Shown: one piece after another, positions 37,467 through 46,594 of the stretch
Position numbering within the stretch: the first letter of the stretch is position 1
Layout: the number at the start of each line of letters is the position of its first letter
From: a virus
Lineage: Duplodnaviria > Heunggongvirae > Uroviricota > Caudoviricetes
IMG/VR virus record: IMGVR_UViG_3300047554_000527
Location: 72,387-136,386 of that record
Reading direction: 5' to 3' (one strand)
DNA: 64,000 nucleotides
The notes under the pieces: generated by a model
Told to the model about the DNA's origin: nothing
The model's database searches: none
The model's input: the letters and a program-made list of their open reading frames with translations, nothing else
Program-made: the position numbers and the translations under genes

Positions 37467-37899
37467 ATCGCTTTTTCCTTTCAGCATCGTGTTCATCACA
37501 GAGAGTCTTAACCCAACCGCCAGTGCGACTTTTACCGGGCTTGCCACATTCTTCACAGGTAGCGTCTGCCCAAAGTTCAGCCATAGTGACTAATCCGCGA
37601 ACATAATCATCGCCGCCATCATAGTAGAAACGAAGACCGCCAAACTTTTCCTTGATCTGTGCTACTACAACAGAAGGAACCTCTTCGGGGATCGCTTCGT
37701 TATATGGATTTGGCTTTTCCAGATAATGCTTGCGAGTGTTATTCTTCCACTCCACATAAGCATGGATCTGCCCGCATAGCTTTTCAAGGATAGGCCACCA
37801 GCCCTCACCTATGCAGATTCCTCCATAGGGCTGTGAGAACATCACAGGATACTTGTCCTTGAGCTTCTTCTCAAATGCTTCGTACTTTTCGATGTCCAT
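37453..37899 (-). CDS. Conserved phage protein with C-terminal Zn-finger-like motif
   Basis: GEGWWPI, QIKEKFGGLRFY, CEECG...TLCDEH. Confidence 0.7.
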   Translation of the reverse strand: MDIEKYEAFEKKLKDKYPVMFSQPYGGICIGEGWWPILEKLCGQIHAYVEWKNNTRKHYLEKPNPYNEAIPEEVPSVVVAQIKEKFGGLRFYYDGGDDYVRGLVTMAELWADATCEECGKPGKSRTGGWVKTLCDEHDAERKKRYDTA

Positions 37900-39197
37900 T
37901 AGATCTTTTCTCCAGCTTTAAAGCCACGCCACAGTTTGAAGCGAGGGAATCGCATACTCCAAACGTCATCGCTGTCTTGGCTCTTGGTCAGTGCATCGCC
38001 GCGGACTTCGCCAATTTGTCCAGGAATGTCTTCTCGGCAACGCCAAATCTCATCACGATCCTCGTCAGTCCAACCACTGCCCACACTAACACGAATGAAC
38101 TTGCCATCGTCGGTGCCTTCAAACAGAACTGCACCCATACGACCTTCGTTCTTACCTGTGCCTTCTTCAACAGCAACCGCAGTTAGGCTCACTTCGATAA
38201 AAGGCTTTTGTTTGAGCCAGCTTACTGAACGCTTACATTCATAGGCTGCATCAACATCCTTAATCATAATACCTTCGTAGCCGTTGTCAATAGCATCTTT
38301 GTTGAATGCGGCAAACTGCATCTCACCAACAGCCGTGCTGAGATCAACTTCCTCTTGCGGAATGACTCCAATGTTACCAACTTTATCAAATGTAGGTTTG
38401 AACTGTTGCAAGAACTTAGTGCGGCGCTTCTGTCCGAGCACACTCTTGCCTTTCTTAAACTCACTGAGAGGCAGGATATCAAACAGCATGAGCACAGCAT
38501 CAGTGGCTTTAACATCGCTTTTACGATGCACCTGTTTCATAAGTGCTTGAAAGCTGGTGCTGATAATTTCACCGTCAAGAACAAAACTGCGCTCAAAGTC
38601 GTCGATGTGTGTTAGCAGACCGTCACTGATGTGGCTGAAGTTCTCTAGGATCTTACCATTGCGGCTGTACATCGTAACCGTACGAGCTTCGCAGTCAATG
38701 ACCGTTAGAACACGAACACCGTCGAGTTTAGGTTCGAGCAACTTCTTGCCTGCAACTTTCTTTTCGTGGTTAGCACCGTCATGAGCCAACATGCACTCAA
38801 ACAAAGGTACAGCGTTCTTTTTAATCTTGTTGATTGTCTTCTCGGAAACTCCGCAACGCAGATCCTTGATAAGGATGCGGCGGTACCAGTCATTCCATTG
38901 TTTTTGTGTGCTAGCAGACAGAGCCAGTTCGATAGCATTGCGAGCATCGTCGCCAGTGAGCTGGCGTGTGCTCAAAAGATTGCACAGCTCTTTGAAAGCA
39001 TCCCAAGGCAGACCCTGTCCATCCGGACCGCCGTGACTAGGAACCTTCTTAACGCCAAAGGTAATAAACGGGCTCAGCGCCAGTTGGAAGCCTTCGAACA
39101 ATTCAGCATTGTCTTTTTCGGCTTCAATAATAGCTTCTTTGTTCAGTCGGCTGGCGTGTTCTTCCAGGCTGCGGATTACTCGATCGCAGTTACTCAT
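37899..39197 (-). CDS. lig: ATP-dependent DNA ligase
   Basis: Motif I EPKLDGVR, VLDGEI, FDIL, EGIMIKD, WLKQK; OB-fold RFPRF. Confidence 0.95.
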   Translation of the reverse strand: MSNCDRVIRSLEEHASRLNKEAIIEAEKDNAELFEGFQLALSPFITFGVKKVPSHGGPDGQGLPWDAFKELCNLLSTRQLTGDDARNAIELALSASTQKQWNDWYRRILIKDLRCGVSEKTINKIKKNAVPLFECMLAHDGANHEKKVAGKKLLEPKLDGVRVLTVIDCEARTVTMYSRNGKILENFSHISDGLLTHIDDFERSFVLDGEIISTSFQALMKQVHRKSDVKATDAVLMLFDILPLSEFKKGKSVLGQKRRTKFLQQFKPTFDKVGNIGVIPQEEVDLSTAVGEMQFAAFNKDAIDNGYEGIMIKDVDAAYECKRSVSWLKQKPFIEVSLTAVAVEEGTGKNEGRMGAVLFEGTDDGKFIRVSVGSGWTDEDRDEIWRCREDIPGQIGEVRGDALTKSQDSDDVWSMRFPRFKLWRGFKAGEKI

Positions 39198-39520
39198 ACC
39201 ATCTCCAAATGTTTGCAGGTTCCACGGAATTGAAAGCCCGGGCAAGTACAGGTCTTGGCCTCGGGATCTACATAATAAGTTTGACCTTTGCTGCCTTGTA
39301 CAGCAATAGTATTACTTTGTTTTTTCTCTTTGAACGGATTGGGTTTTGCAGGCACAAACTTGCGACCACGCTTGTCAAAGCCTTTGATAGGACTTTTAAA
39401 ATAGTAGGGTTTAGTTTCGCCTTGCTTGATATATGCAACTAAAGTATTACCGTCAAGCAGGTAAGTGTGGTTAGGAGCAGTAGTGCTACCCCAATCTGTA
39501 ACTTCTTTGATTGCTTCCAT
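39194..39520 (-). CDS. SWIM zinc-finger protein
   Basis: CTCPGFQFRGTCKH. Confidence 0.75.
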   Translation of the reverse strand: MEAIKEVTDWGSTTAPNHTYLLDGNTLVAYIKQGETKPYYFKSPIKGFDKRGRKFVPAKPNPFKEKKQSNTIAVQGSKGQTYYVDPEAKTCTCPGFQFRGTCKHLEMV

Positions 39521-39550
39521 TAACGGCTTTCTGTGCTGTTCAATGTATAT

Positions 39551-39579
39551 ATTATACGGCCGTTTGGTCTAGATGTCAA
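39551..39579 (-). promoter_or_regulatory. Consensus sigma70 promoter (early)
   Basis: TTGACA, 17 nt spacer, TATAAT. Confidence 0.9.
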
Positions 39580-39587
39580 GACTGATT

Positions 39588-39833
39588 TTACCAAATTGCT
39601 CGAACTGCTGTGGGTTTGTCTAATGCATTGATTACAGTAACTTTACCCTCGACTTTGGTTGGAAAGGTCATTGTGTAGGTAGTTGTTAGCTTGCCTGTAT
39701 CCGTTTTCCAGTGTAGATAAATCTTACTACCTTCTTCCGGGACAAGAATAATACTGTCTTCGCCTGCATCAATCTCAAACTGACCTTTTCCAGTTAGATT
39801 AATTGTCTTGTGTTTGAGTGCTATATATTTCAT
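39588..39833 (-). CDS. Hypothetical protein
   Basis: 81-aa ORF coupled to tctC. Confidence 0.5.
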   Translation of the reverse strand: MKYIALKHKTINLTGKGQFEIDAGEDSIILVPEEGSKIYLHWKTDTGKLTTTYTMTFPTKVEGKVTVINALDKPTAVRAIW

Positions 39834-39835
39834 AA

Positions 39836-40750
39836 TCAGTTTATTTTGACTGCGCTGGCAAGTTTTTTCCAGTATTCAGTATGAAACTTAAAAAACTTAT
39901 CTAAGCCAGTATAGCCTACGTATTGGGGCTCGCAATAATCAACCGCATAGGCTGCACGAACTGCATCTGTTTTAGCAGCCTTGGTAAAAATTTCATAGAA
40001 CTCTTTGTGCTTAGTCGAATTAGTTTTAACAGGAACTAACAAATGATGCCCAACATTCATATCTGCAAAACTTGTATCAAAACCTTGCTTAACTAATGGC
40101 TGATATCCATTTACAACTTTATTGCCAGTAATACCTAATACAGAAACTTTACGTTCTGCTTTGGCATTTTCCTTGCTCCACTGTTCGGCTTCAGAAATAA
40201 AGCCAATATGAAAATCGGTTTGACCCGATACCATGCTTAACATGCTATCATTTGTGCTCTTGAACGGAATAATGTTTAAGTTAGGAAAACGCTTTTGCAT
40301 TTCAATTGCAGCCAAGTGTGTGGTTACACCTAAACCACTAATACCTACACTAACTGTTGCACCTGTTGGTACATCTTTCCATGTCTTGTACTTTGTTGAA
40401 GTGATAGCCATAGGAGCCATGCAATGAACATATTGTTCTTTGAATTGTGTTAGATCGTAGCTTTCATTTGGATAAACAACTGGGCGTACAAAGAACGCTG
40501 TGCTATGTGCTAGAATTGCATCATCTAACCCTAGTACTGTACGAGATGCAATAGTCCCCCCGGCACCTGGTTTGGTGTCGAACACAAAATTGTATTTGTC
40601 CTGAATTTTATTTGCTTCGTTAGCAATAGTACGATGATAGTTAGCTACACTATCCCCAGGCCCCCATGCATAAAAGATTGTGATATTTTCTCTAGCACAG
40701 ACGCTAGCAGAAATACTCAATGCGAATAATGTCAATAAAAATTTTTTCAT
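39836..40750 (-). CDS. tctC: Bug/TctC-like periplasmic substrate-binding protein
   Basis: Signal peptide; KPGAGGTIA, GLGVTTHLAA, IPFK ... MVSGQTD pattern. Confidence 0.75.
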   Translation of the reverse strand: MKKFLLTLFALSISASVCARENITIFYAWGPGDSVANYHRTIANEANKIQDKYNFVFDTKPGAGGTIASRTVLGLDDAILAHSTAFFVRPVVYPNESYDLTQFKEQYVHCMAPMAITSTKYKTWKDVPTGATVSVGISGLGVTTHLAAIEMQKRFPNLNIIPFKSTNDSMLSMVSGQTDFHIGFISEAEQWSKENAKAERKVSVLGITGNKVVNGYQPLVKQGFDTSFADMNVGHHLLVPVKTNSTKHKEFYEIFTKAAKTDAVRAAYAVDYCEPQYVGYTGLDKFFKFHTEYWKKLASAVKIN

Positions 40751-40753
40751 ATG

Positions 40754-41206
40754 TTATTTTAACTTTTTAAACCTCAAATAAACAAGAGGGACTAGCCCAA
40801 TCTTGTCGTATGCTTTATCAATTTCTTCATTTTTTACAAAAGTCTGTGATGAAATAATGAAAACGTTTTCTTTCTTACAAATTTCTTCAAAATAAGATTG
40901 TATCATTGATCTTATTCCTTTACCTCTGAATTTTGGATTGACCCAACTAAAATATATAAACGCCATTGGATTGTCATCATATTTTAAATCAAATACAATA
41001 AATGCAATAACGTCATTACTACTTTCAAACCAAATTACACTTTGAGAATTTTTTAAGAATACTGTAGGAAATGAATTTCCAGAATCAATTAACTCGGCTG
41101 CTTCTCTAAACAACGTCGGAACAATAGGGAGGTTATAGAGAGTTTTTGAATAGCATACACTAATTTCTATACCTTCGAGAAAAATTTGATCAATAATCAT
41201 ATCCAA
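40754..41206 (-). CDS. GNAT acetyltransferase
   Basis: WVNPKFRGKGI motif A; N..I.KAY.K.G. Confidence 0.8.
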   Translation of the reverse strand: MDMIIDQIFLEGIEISVCYSKTLYNLPIVPTLFREAAELIDSGNSFPTVFLKNSQSVIWFESSNDVIAFIVFDLKYDDNPMAFIYFSWVNPKFRGKGIRSMIQSYFEEICKKENVFIISSQTFVKNEEIDKAYDKIGLVPLVYLRFKKLK

Positions 41207-42429
41207 TCGACTTTATAGTTTAGTAACGATGTTTTCAAAAAATCTAAAGCAACTTTGTCATGGATACTTATCATTTCAAATTGATCAGTTAAGAAGATCC
41301 TGGTTCCTGGAACTTCTTGCTTATTCAATTGACTGATGTCCTGTGTCCTAACAATATTGAACAGCGATTCTAACTTTAATTTGAAATTCTTATAATAATC
41401 ATTTTTGTCAAGGTCGTAGATATAATCACGAGCCGAGGCCTTATATGTAGGAATACTTCTTTGTATTTTTTGACCGTTGTTATTATTAACCATACTCCAC
41501 AACTGATATTCTGTTCCGTTAAACCAATTAAAGATTCTATAGATTGCTGTTTTATAATCTAGATGATCGTTGAAATATAGTGCTCCCCTAACTGAACAAT
41601 TTAGATATTTTACATTAAAAATCAACCACCAAAAAAAGTCATGAAGGCTATATACAGGAACTGATGCAGTTTGTATATTCCAATGATATTTTTCATAAAG
41701 CATTCTACCAAAGTTAGGGTTTGAATTGATCGAAAGGTGTTTGACTATTAAATCTTGATAGACACTGTAATGCACATCGCCGGAAGATATTTTGTTTTTT
41801 AACAAATTTAATCGATGCTTAACCAAAGGAGAAAGGTCGCTTATATAATAATCGTAATTGTTATAAAGTGTTAATCCCATTAGGGTTCCAAATATACAAT
41901 CTCCCTCGTCTGCTGTAATAGGAGTTAATCCCTGATGAATTAATGTGTCGTACTTTACTGTTTTAGAATCAATTACTTTAAATTTTCCGTAGATAAACTT
42001 GCTCCAAAATAACGGGTTCTCAATTACAGAATCCACGCTGGCGCAGACCACTATAGATTCTAATTCAGTTTGGTTTAGATTTTTTATAAGGGCAGATAAA
42101 ACAACTGTGCTATCTATACCTCCAGAATACATAACAACAAACTTTTCTCCTGTGTGTATTCTATTTTTTATTTCCAGTGCTCTGTTATCACATACTTCTT
42201 TAAATGACAAATTAAATTTAGAATCATATTCGGGCATCTCAAAGCCAGGTATTACTGTCTGTTTCCAGGGCAAAGACCATTCACCGTTCCTGGAAACAAA
42301 TCTACTGGGATTTACTCTTTTCGAGATGTCGATAAAAAATTTGCCAGCAGTATCACACTCGTTGTAGAGATTGTTTAGGATTTGATCTTGATGACCGTTA
42401 AAGCTCAGACTATGAAAATAAAGATTCAT
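41197..42429 (-). CDS. PP-loop (adenine nucleotide alpha-hydrolase; asparagine synthetase C-domain-like) enzyme
   Basis: VVMYSGGIDSTVV; ITADEGDCIFG. Confidence 0.6.
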   Translation of the reverse strand: MNLYFHSLSFNGHQDQILNNLYNECDTAGKFFIDISKRVNPSRFVSRNGEWSLPWKQTVIPGFEMPEYDSKFNLSFKEVCDNRALEIKNRIHTGEKFVVMYSGGIDSTVVLSALIKNLNQTELESIVVCASVDSVIENPLFWSKFIYGKFKVIDSKTVKYDTLIHQGLTPITADEGDCIFGTLMGLTLYNNYDYYISDLSPLVKHRLNLLKNKISSGDVHYSVYQDLIVKHLSINSNPNFGRMLYEKYHWNIQTASVPVYSLHDFFWWLIFNVKYLNCSVRGALYFNDHLDYKTAIYRIFNWFNGTEYQLWSMVNNNNGQKIQRSIPTYKASARDYIYDLDKNDYYKNFKLKLESLFNIVRTQDISQLNKQEVPGTRIFLTDQFEMISIHDKVALDFLKTSLLNYKVDWI

Positions 42430-43109
42430 ACTAGATATTCCGATAATGAACTAGGTATATCTAAATTAAATTGCGGTGATTCCTCTTGGAGAATTTTATA
42501 GAACCTGTCCTTCATCCAAACTCGATCATTTGAATGTTCATTCCATATAGATTCAATTTTGTTTCTTGCAGTATCTTTATTGTCAGAAATATAAAGTGCT
42601 TGTCGTATCTTGAAGAAAATCTGTTCAGAATCGAGCATTGTATTCAACGATATTGTTAAACTTTCTATTTCATTTTGCTGAATAACTTTCTTTAAAATAA
42701 AAGAATTATTATTAAAAATCTTTTCGATTAAAGATACAGCATGAGAGCATTGATGTACAAAGTTTGCATATTCTATTAGCTCGTTTAAATTACTATCATT
42801 ATCGTTAGTCGATAGTTCTTGTATATTTGTATGATCGATAAAACGATAAACTGGTGTTTGTCCAGATACTAGTATAGAACTATATCCTATCTTTTCTTTT
42901 GTTTTATCGATAATATGAAACTTAAGACAATTACTGTTATCTAAAGTTGAATGATTAACAGAATACACAATTGACGAAACTTTAGAGGATAACAATTCTG
43001 CAGTCTGAAATGTTACATTTAAATCGTGATTATCGACCAATATAAATCTGTCAAGACCTTTTGCATATATGGCATAACATCCTGTGTAGAATTTTTTAAA
43101 GTTAATCAT
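42426..43109 (-). CDS. Hypothetical protein
   Basis: 227-aa AT-rich ORF with ATGA overlaps. Confidence 0.6.
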   Translation of the reverse strand: MINFKKFYTGCYAIYAKGLDRFILVDNHDLNVTFQTAELLSSKVSSIVYSVNHSTLDNSNCLKFHIIDKTKEKIGYSSILVSGQTPVYRFIDHTNIQELSTNDNDSNLNELIEYANFVHQCSHAVSLIEKIFNNNSFILKKVIQQNEIESLTISLNTMLDSEQIFFKIRQALYISDNKDTARNKIESIWNEHSNDRVWMKDRFYKILQEESPQFNLDIPSSLSEYLV

Positions 43110-43380
43110 TTTTTCTCTTTAGAGCTTCCTCGGCCATGGCCTTTTGTAAATGAGGCCACTGTTTCATATCTTCGTAAATGTTGATTATACCACGAGCGGC
43201 ATGTTGTTTAAATTTCCAAGGAAGTACTGCATGAATGTAACTGCTAATGACATATTTTAATAATCGATTACCGTTAGAAAAACTATGCCTGAAGTGATAC
43301 CAGTAAGTCATATTACTATCTCGAAGATGTTTTTTAGACTTTTCTAGTACTGTATATTGATTGCTTGAAGGATTGTTCAT
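43102..43380 (-). CDS. Small His-containing protein (DUF6356-like)
   Basis: HLRDSNMTYWYHFRHSF...IHAVLP pattern. Confidence 0.5.
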   Translation of the reverse strand: MNNPSSNQYTVLEKSKKHLRDSNMTYWYHFRHSFSNGNRLLKYVISSYIHAVLPWKFKQHAARGIINIYEDMKQWPHLQKAMAEEALKRKND

Positions 43381-43836
43381 TTATAGTCTTTTGTAAAGTT
43401 TGTAATATCCAATTTTTAATCCATCCTTTTCTGCAGATTTTAATCGAATAGTATTATTCGGATGAACTGTTGCCGCTGTTACATTACAGCCTAAACGTTT
43501 AGCAATCATTTCAAAATATTTGTTCATTATTGTATGTATTCCCTGTCCTCTATGATCTTTATCGACAGATGTTAGACATACATTTAATATCTTGTACTTC
43601 AATTGGTCAGTATGATAGGCAAAAATTGCAACAATCTTTTCATCAATTTCTCCCCAAATGATACCTGTTGTTTCGTCGTCCCAGGAAGTAAAACTACTCC
43701 CATGTCCGTTTTCAATTAATTCTGCAACTTGCCTAAGATAAAAGGGAAAGGCCGGAGTAAATGCCATAGAGCTACTATGTTTGATGACCATTAGTCTGCC
43801 ATCCTTTATTATTTCTTGAGAAAGAGTTTCGATCAT
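43381..43836 (-). CDS. GNAT acetyltransferase
   Basis: VDKDHRGQGI motif A; VHPNN. Confidence 0.8.
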   Translation of the reverse strand: MIETLSQEIIKDGRLMVIKHSSSMAFTPAFPFYLRQVAELIENGHGSSFTSWDDETTGIIWGEIDEKIVAIFAYHTDQLKYKILNVCLTSVDKDHRGQGIHTIMNKYFEMIAKRLGCNVTAATVHPNNTIRLKSAEKDGLKIGYYKLYKRL

Positions 43837-43850
43837 ATTTTTTCCTGAGT

Positions 43851-43860
43851 TAAATATTTA
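43851..43860. promoter_or_regulatory. Palindromic bidirectional late-type promoter TAAATATTTA
   Basis: TAAATA on both strands between the divergent GNAT and iscA genes. Confidence 0.55.
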
Positions 43861-43893
43861 ACGCTCGGCTTCTAAAAGATAATTAAACTTGAA

Positions 43894-44220
43894 ATGATAA
43901 CATTCACCGAATTAGCATTGAAAAAAATAAAAACACAATTGGAAAAGCGTGGTAAGGGTGTAGGTATCCGAATTGGGGTAAAAACTACTGGTTGCTCTGG
44001 TCTGGCTTATGTGCTAGAATATGTTGATGAATATATCTACGAAACTAGTGTTATAAACTACGCCCAAAAAGACTTTGCAGTTTTGATTGATCGAAAACAC
44101 GAACCTTACCTGCAAGGCATGACTGTAGATTATATTCGTGAAGGTCTCAATGAAGGATTTAAATTTATTAATCCCAACGAACGAGATCGGTGTGGTTGTG
44201 GTGAATCATTTAGGGTATAA
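43894..44220 (+). CDS. iscA: Fe-S assembly protein IscA
   Basis: GIRIGVKTTGCSGLAYVLEYVD; EGFKFINPNE...CGCGESF. Confidence 0.93.
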   Translation: MITFTELALKKIKTQLEKRGKGVGIRIGVKTTGCSGLAYVLEYVDEYIYETSVINYAQKDFAVLIDRKHEPYLQGMTVDYIREGLNEGFKFINPNERDRCGCGESFRV

Positions 44221-44221
44221 A

Positions 44222-44473
44222 ATGGAAAACATAGAAGAAAAGATTAAAGATATTATGGCTAAATCTTTCCTAATCGAACGCACTCGGTTAGAGGACGATG
44301 CCCACTTGCAAGACGACCTAGGCGTCGATAGTCTTGGCCTGTTTGAAATGGTTATCAACTTAGAAGATGAATATGGTATTGAGCTAAATGACAAAGAACT
44401 TCTAAAATTTGCCCGAGTTGGACAAGCTGTAGAAGTTCTTGCTAGATTGATTAGAGAACAGGTCAAGCCTTAA
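44222..44473 (+). CDS. acpP: Acyl carrier protein
   Basis: DDLGVDSL phosphopantetheine Ser; LEDEYGIE. Confidence 0.88.
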   Translation: MENIEEKIKDIMAKSFLIERTRLEDDAHLQDDLGVDSLGLFEMVINLEDEYGIELNDKELLKFARVGQAVEVLARLIREQVKP

Positions 44474-44694
44474 GGCTTACTGTCGTAGTCTTTTACACGG
44501 CCACCGTAATGTACTGATTTGGCTTTACGGCCTTTGATGTAGTTACCGTGGCCGTCCGTATGACCTTTACCCTTAGATTGATGCGGGCGTAGTCCTTGGC
44601 TTACACAGGAGTTATGATCGCTCCTGCCCAAACGTTTGGGACTACGACATACTTTAGGATCTGTTTTTTCGGATATAAATTCAAAGGCTCTCAT
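44470..44694 (-). CDS. Small basic protein with head-targeting-like N-terminus
   Basis: MRAFEFISE; TAAATA immediately upstream. Confidence 0.55.
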   Translation of the reverse strand: MRAFEFISEKTDPKVCRSPKRLGRSDHNSCVSQGLRPHQSKGKGHTDGHGNYIKGRKAKSVHYGGRVKDYDSKP

Positions 44695-44702
44695 ATTTCT
44701 AT

Positions 44703-45305
44703 TTAGCGTTTTTCAACATAGAAAATATGATTACCTACTTTGGCTTCACGCTTTAAATTGTGCCAGCGTGGGTTTATCCTACTGCTGTGAAAATACAGCC
44801 ATTCGCCCATGAGAGAATGATGTAGATCGTAGCCGCCCGACAATAAGTTTCTTGCCACTTCGAGACTTTCTTGCCAGCGCTGATCGCTTTCCTTGATCCT
44901 GCGGGTAATTGCACATACCCAACTGAACTGACAGACTGCAACACGATCAACTACTGTGCGAGTTTCAACATGCTGTTCTGTCTTTTTAAAGGGACCCCAT
45001 CCTGTAACAACTTCTTTAATTGTCCTAATTTCTCTAGGACGCTCAAAAACTGTTTTCTGTTTAACAACTTCACAAACTGAGTTTGGGAAGCTAGGATGCT
45101 GTGTCCTGTTTAGAGTAACCATTCCAACGGCAATCTTGCCTTTTTCTGGTTCCCCGCCCGATTCAAAATAGATGTTACGTGCCAAACACATAAGCTCTTT
45201 TTGATCGATTTTACTGGTGCCGTTATCGTATGCAGCCGCTACGCCACTTGATAAAAACATCAGGCCTATTACTGTTGTGGCTACTGTTTTCAGTAGTTTA
45301 GACAT
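44703..45305 (-). CDS. Cell wall hydrolase (SleB/Hydrolase_2)
   Basis: Signal/TM segment; CLARNIYFES, VTLNR, CQFSW, GNHIFY. Confidence 0.9.
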   Translation of the reverse strand: MSKLLKTVATTVIGLMFLSSGVAAAYDNGTSKIDQKELMCLARNIYFESGGEPEKGKIAVGMVTLNRTQHPSFPNSVCEVVKQKTVFERPREIRTIKEVVTGWGPFKKTEQHVETRTVVDRVAVCQFSWVCAITRRIKESDQRWQESLEVARNLLSGGYDLHHSLMGEWLYFHSSRINPRWHNLKREAKVGNHIFYVEKR

Positions 45306-45339
45306 TGGTATGCCCTCCTTTTTTAAGAATGTAAGAATA

Positions 45340-45392
45340 ATTATAACACAGAAAAGAAAACCCGTCAAGATGTGGGATTTTTGACGGGTTTT
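45340..45392 (-). promoter_or_regulatory. Sigma70 promoter whose -35 lies in a terminator stem
   Basis: TTGACG (45368-63), 17 nt spacer, TATAAT (45345-40); inverted repeat AAAACCCGTCAA/TTGACGGGTTTT. Confidence 0.8.
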
Positions 45393-45400
45393 GGTAAATT

Positions 45401-46084
45401 TTACACTAGTTTCTTGTTGAGAGAAAAATATCGTTGTATATAATGAGATGTAAGATCGTTAAGCATTGTCTGCTCAGCTGATCCAAAGGTCAGCCCTGTA
45501 AAATTTTCTATTTGCGACTGTACAATAGAAGGATTAAGAAACAAATTTTTAAATTCAATTTTTAATACATTTGAATCCTGAGGTATATTAACGCAAAAAA
45601 ATCCGTCTAATAATTTTTGATAAATTAATATTTTTATAAATGTTGCTTTTTCTGTTTCAGTGAGTTCAGACGGCGTAGCATCCGTATTACTGAATAAATG
45701 AGAATGATTTTGCAATATTTTTCTAAAAAATTGAGAAGAAGAAATTTCATATGCTTCGACAAAAAATGATTGATAATAAGCTCGGGCAATATGATTACAG
45801 TCTTCTAATCTATGTGTCAATACAACAATTTTACATTCAGGAAATCTCGAATTTAATTTTTGATAATCTGGAGTAAATGGTACTGAAATTACTCGATTGC
45901 CGTCAGGTATTATACAGTTTTCAAAAAAGAAATCTTTTGTTAGTTCTCCATTTAATGGTTGAGTGTAAGAAATTGAGTTGAAATCTAAAATTTCCGTACC
46001 TTGACAAACATTACTAATTAATCTACTAATGAAATTTCCGGAAGACCCGGGAGTAGCACATACAAAATAAAGATTTCTACTCAT
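45401..46084 (-). CDS. Hypothetical protein, sulfotransferase-like fold
   Basis: N-terminal FVCATPGSSGNFI loop, late IEFKNL segment; degenerate. Confidence 0.4.
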   Translation of the reverse strand: MSRNLYFVCATPGSSGNFISRLISNVCQGTEILDFNSISYTQPLNGELTKDFFFENCIIPDGNRVISVPFTPDYQKLNSRFPECKIVVLTHRLEDCNHIARAYYQSFFVEAYEISSSQFFRKILQNHSHLFSNTDATPSELTETEKATFIKILIYQKLLDGFFCVNIPQDSNVLKIEFKNLFLNPSIVQSQIENFTGLTFGSAEQTMLNDLTSHYIQRYFSLNKKLV

Positions 46085-46578
46085 GTGTTGGTTCCTTGAT
46101 ATAAAGTAAGAGAAATACCATTTTGATACATATCTGCTACTTCGCTAAAAGTTGTTGGCAAGTTAGACCATTCTTCAGTGTTTTCAACATGGTTACTTTC
46201 GATAGTAACTACTTTTTCTTCTTCTAGCGTCCAACCTAAGTCAGGAAGAAGTATATCTCGCTTAGTGGCATAGTCGTCATACGCATCATTTTTTCTCAAA
46301 TAGTTAATTAACATATCAACATCTACTGTCCCAAAAACATAATATGATACTAACGGTTCTAAAGGGTTTGAGAAAAATAGATACCCTGTACCGGCTTCAT
46401 AACTGGTAATTTCATTAATGTAGGTTTTGTAAGCTAGAGCTGCCTGAAGATAATCAATTAATTTTAAAAATTTTTCATCCTCGAGAGGTAACGCAAGAAG
46501 TGCATCTGGGGACCCCCAGCAAGTGTAGTCTGCCAAATTACTCAAATTTACTTTTCTAATAATTAAATGTAGTTGCAT
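46081..46578 (-). CDS. Hypothetical protein
   Basis: 165-aa ORF; TAAATA upstream. Confidence 0.55.
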   Translation of the reverse strand: MQLHLIIRKVNLSNLADYTCWGSPDALLALPLEDEKFLKLIDYLQAALAYKTYINEITSYEAGTGYLFFSNPLEPLVSYYVFGTVDVDMLINYLRKNDAYDDYATKRDILLPDLGWTLEEEKVVTIESNHVENTEEWSNLPTTFSEVADMYQNGISLTLYQGTNT

Positions 46579-46594
46579 AGGTGTATTTACCTAA

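Noticed and set aside
41197-42429. QueC / 7-deazaguanine DNA-modification pathway
   Set aside because: The SGGxDS motif is internal, the QueC C-terminal Cys zinc motif is absent, and no queD/queE/folE/dpdA genes are in the window.
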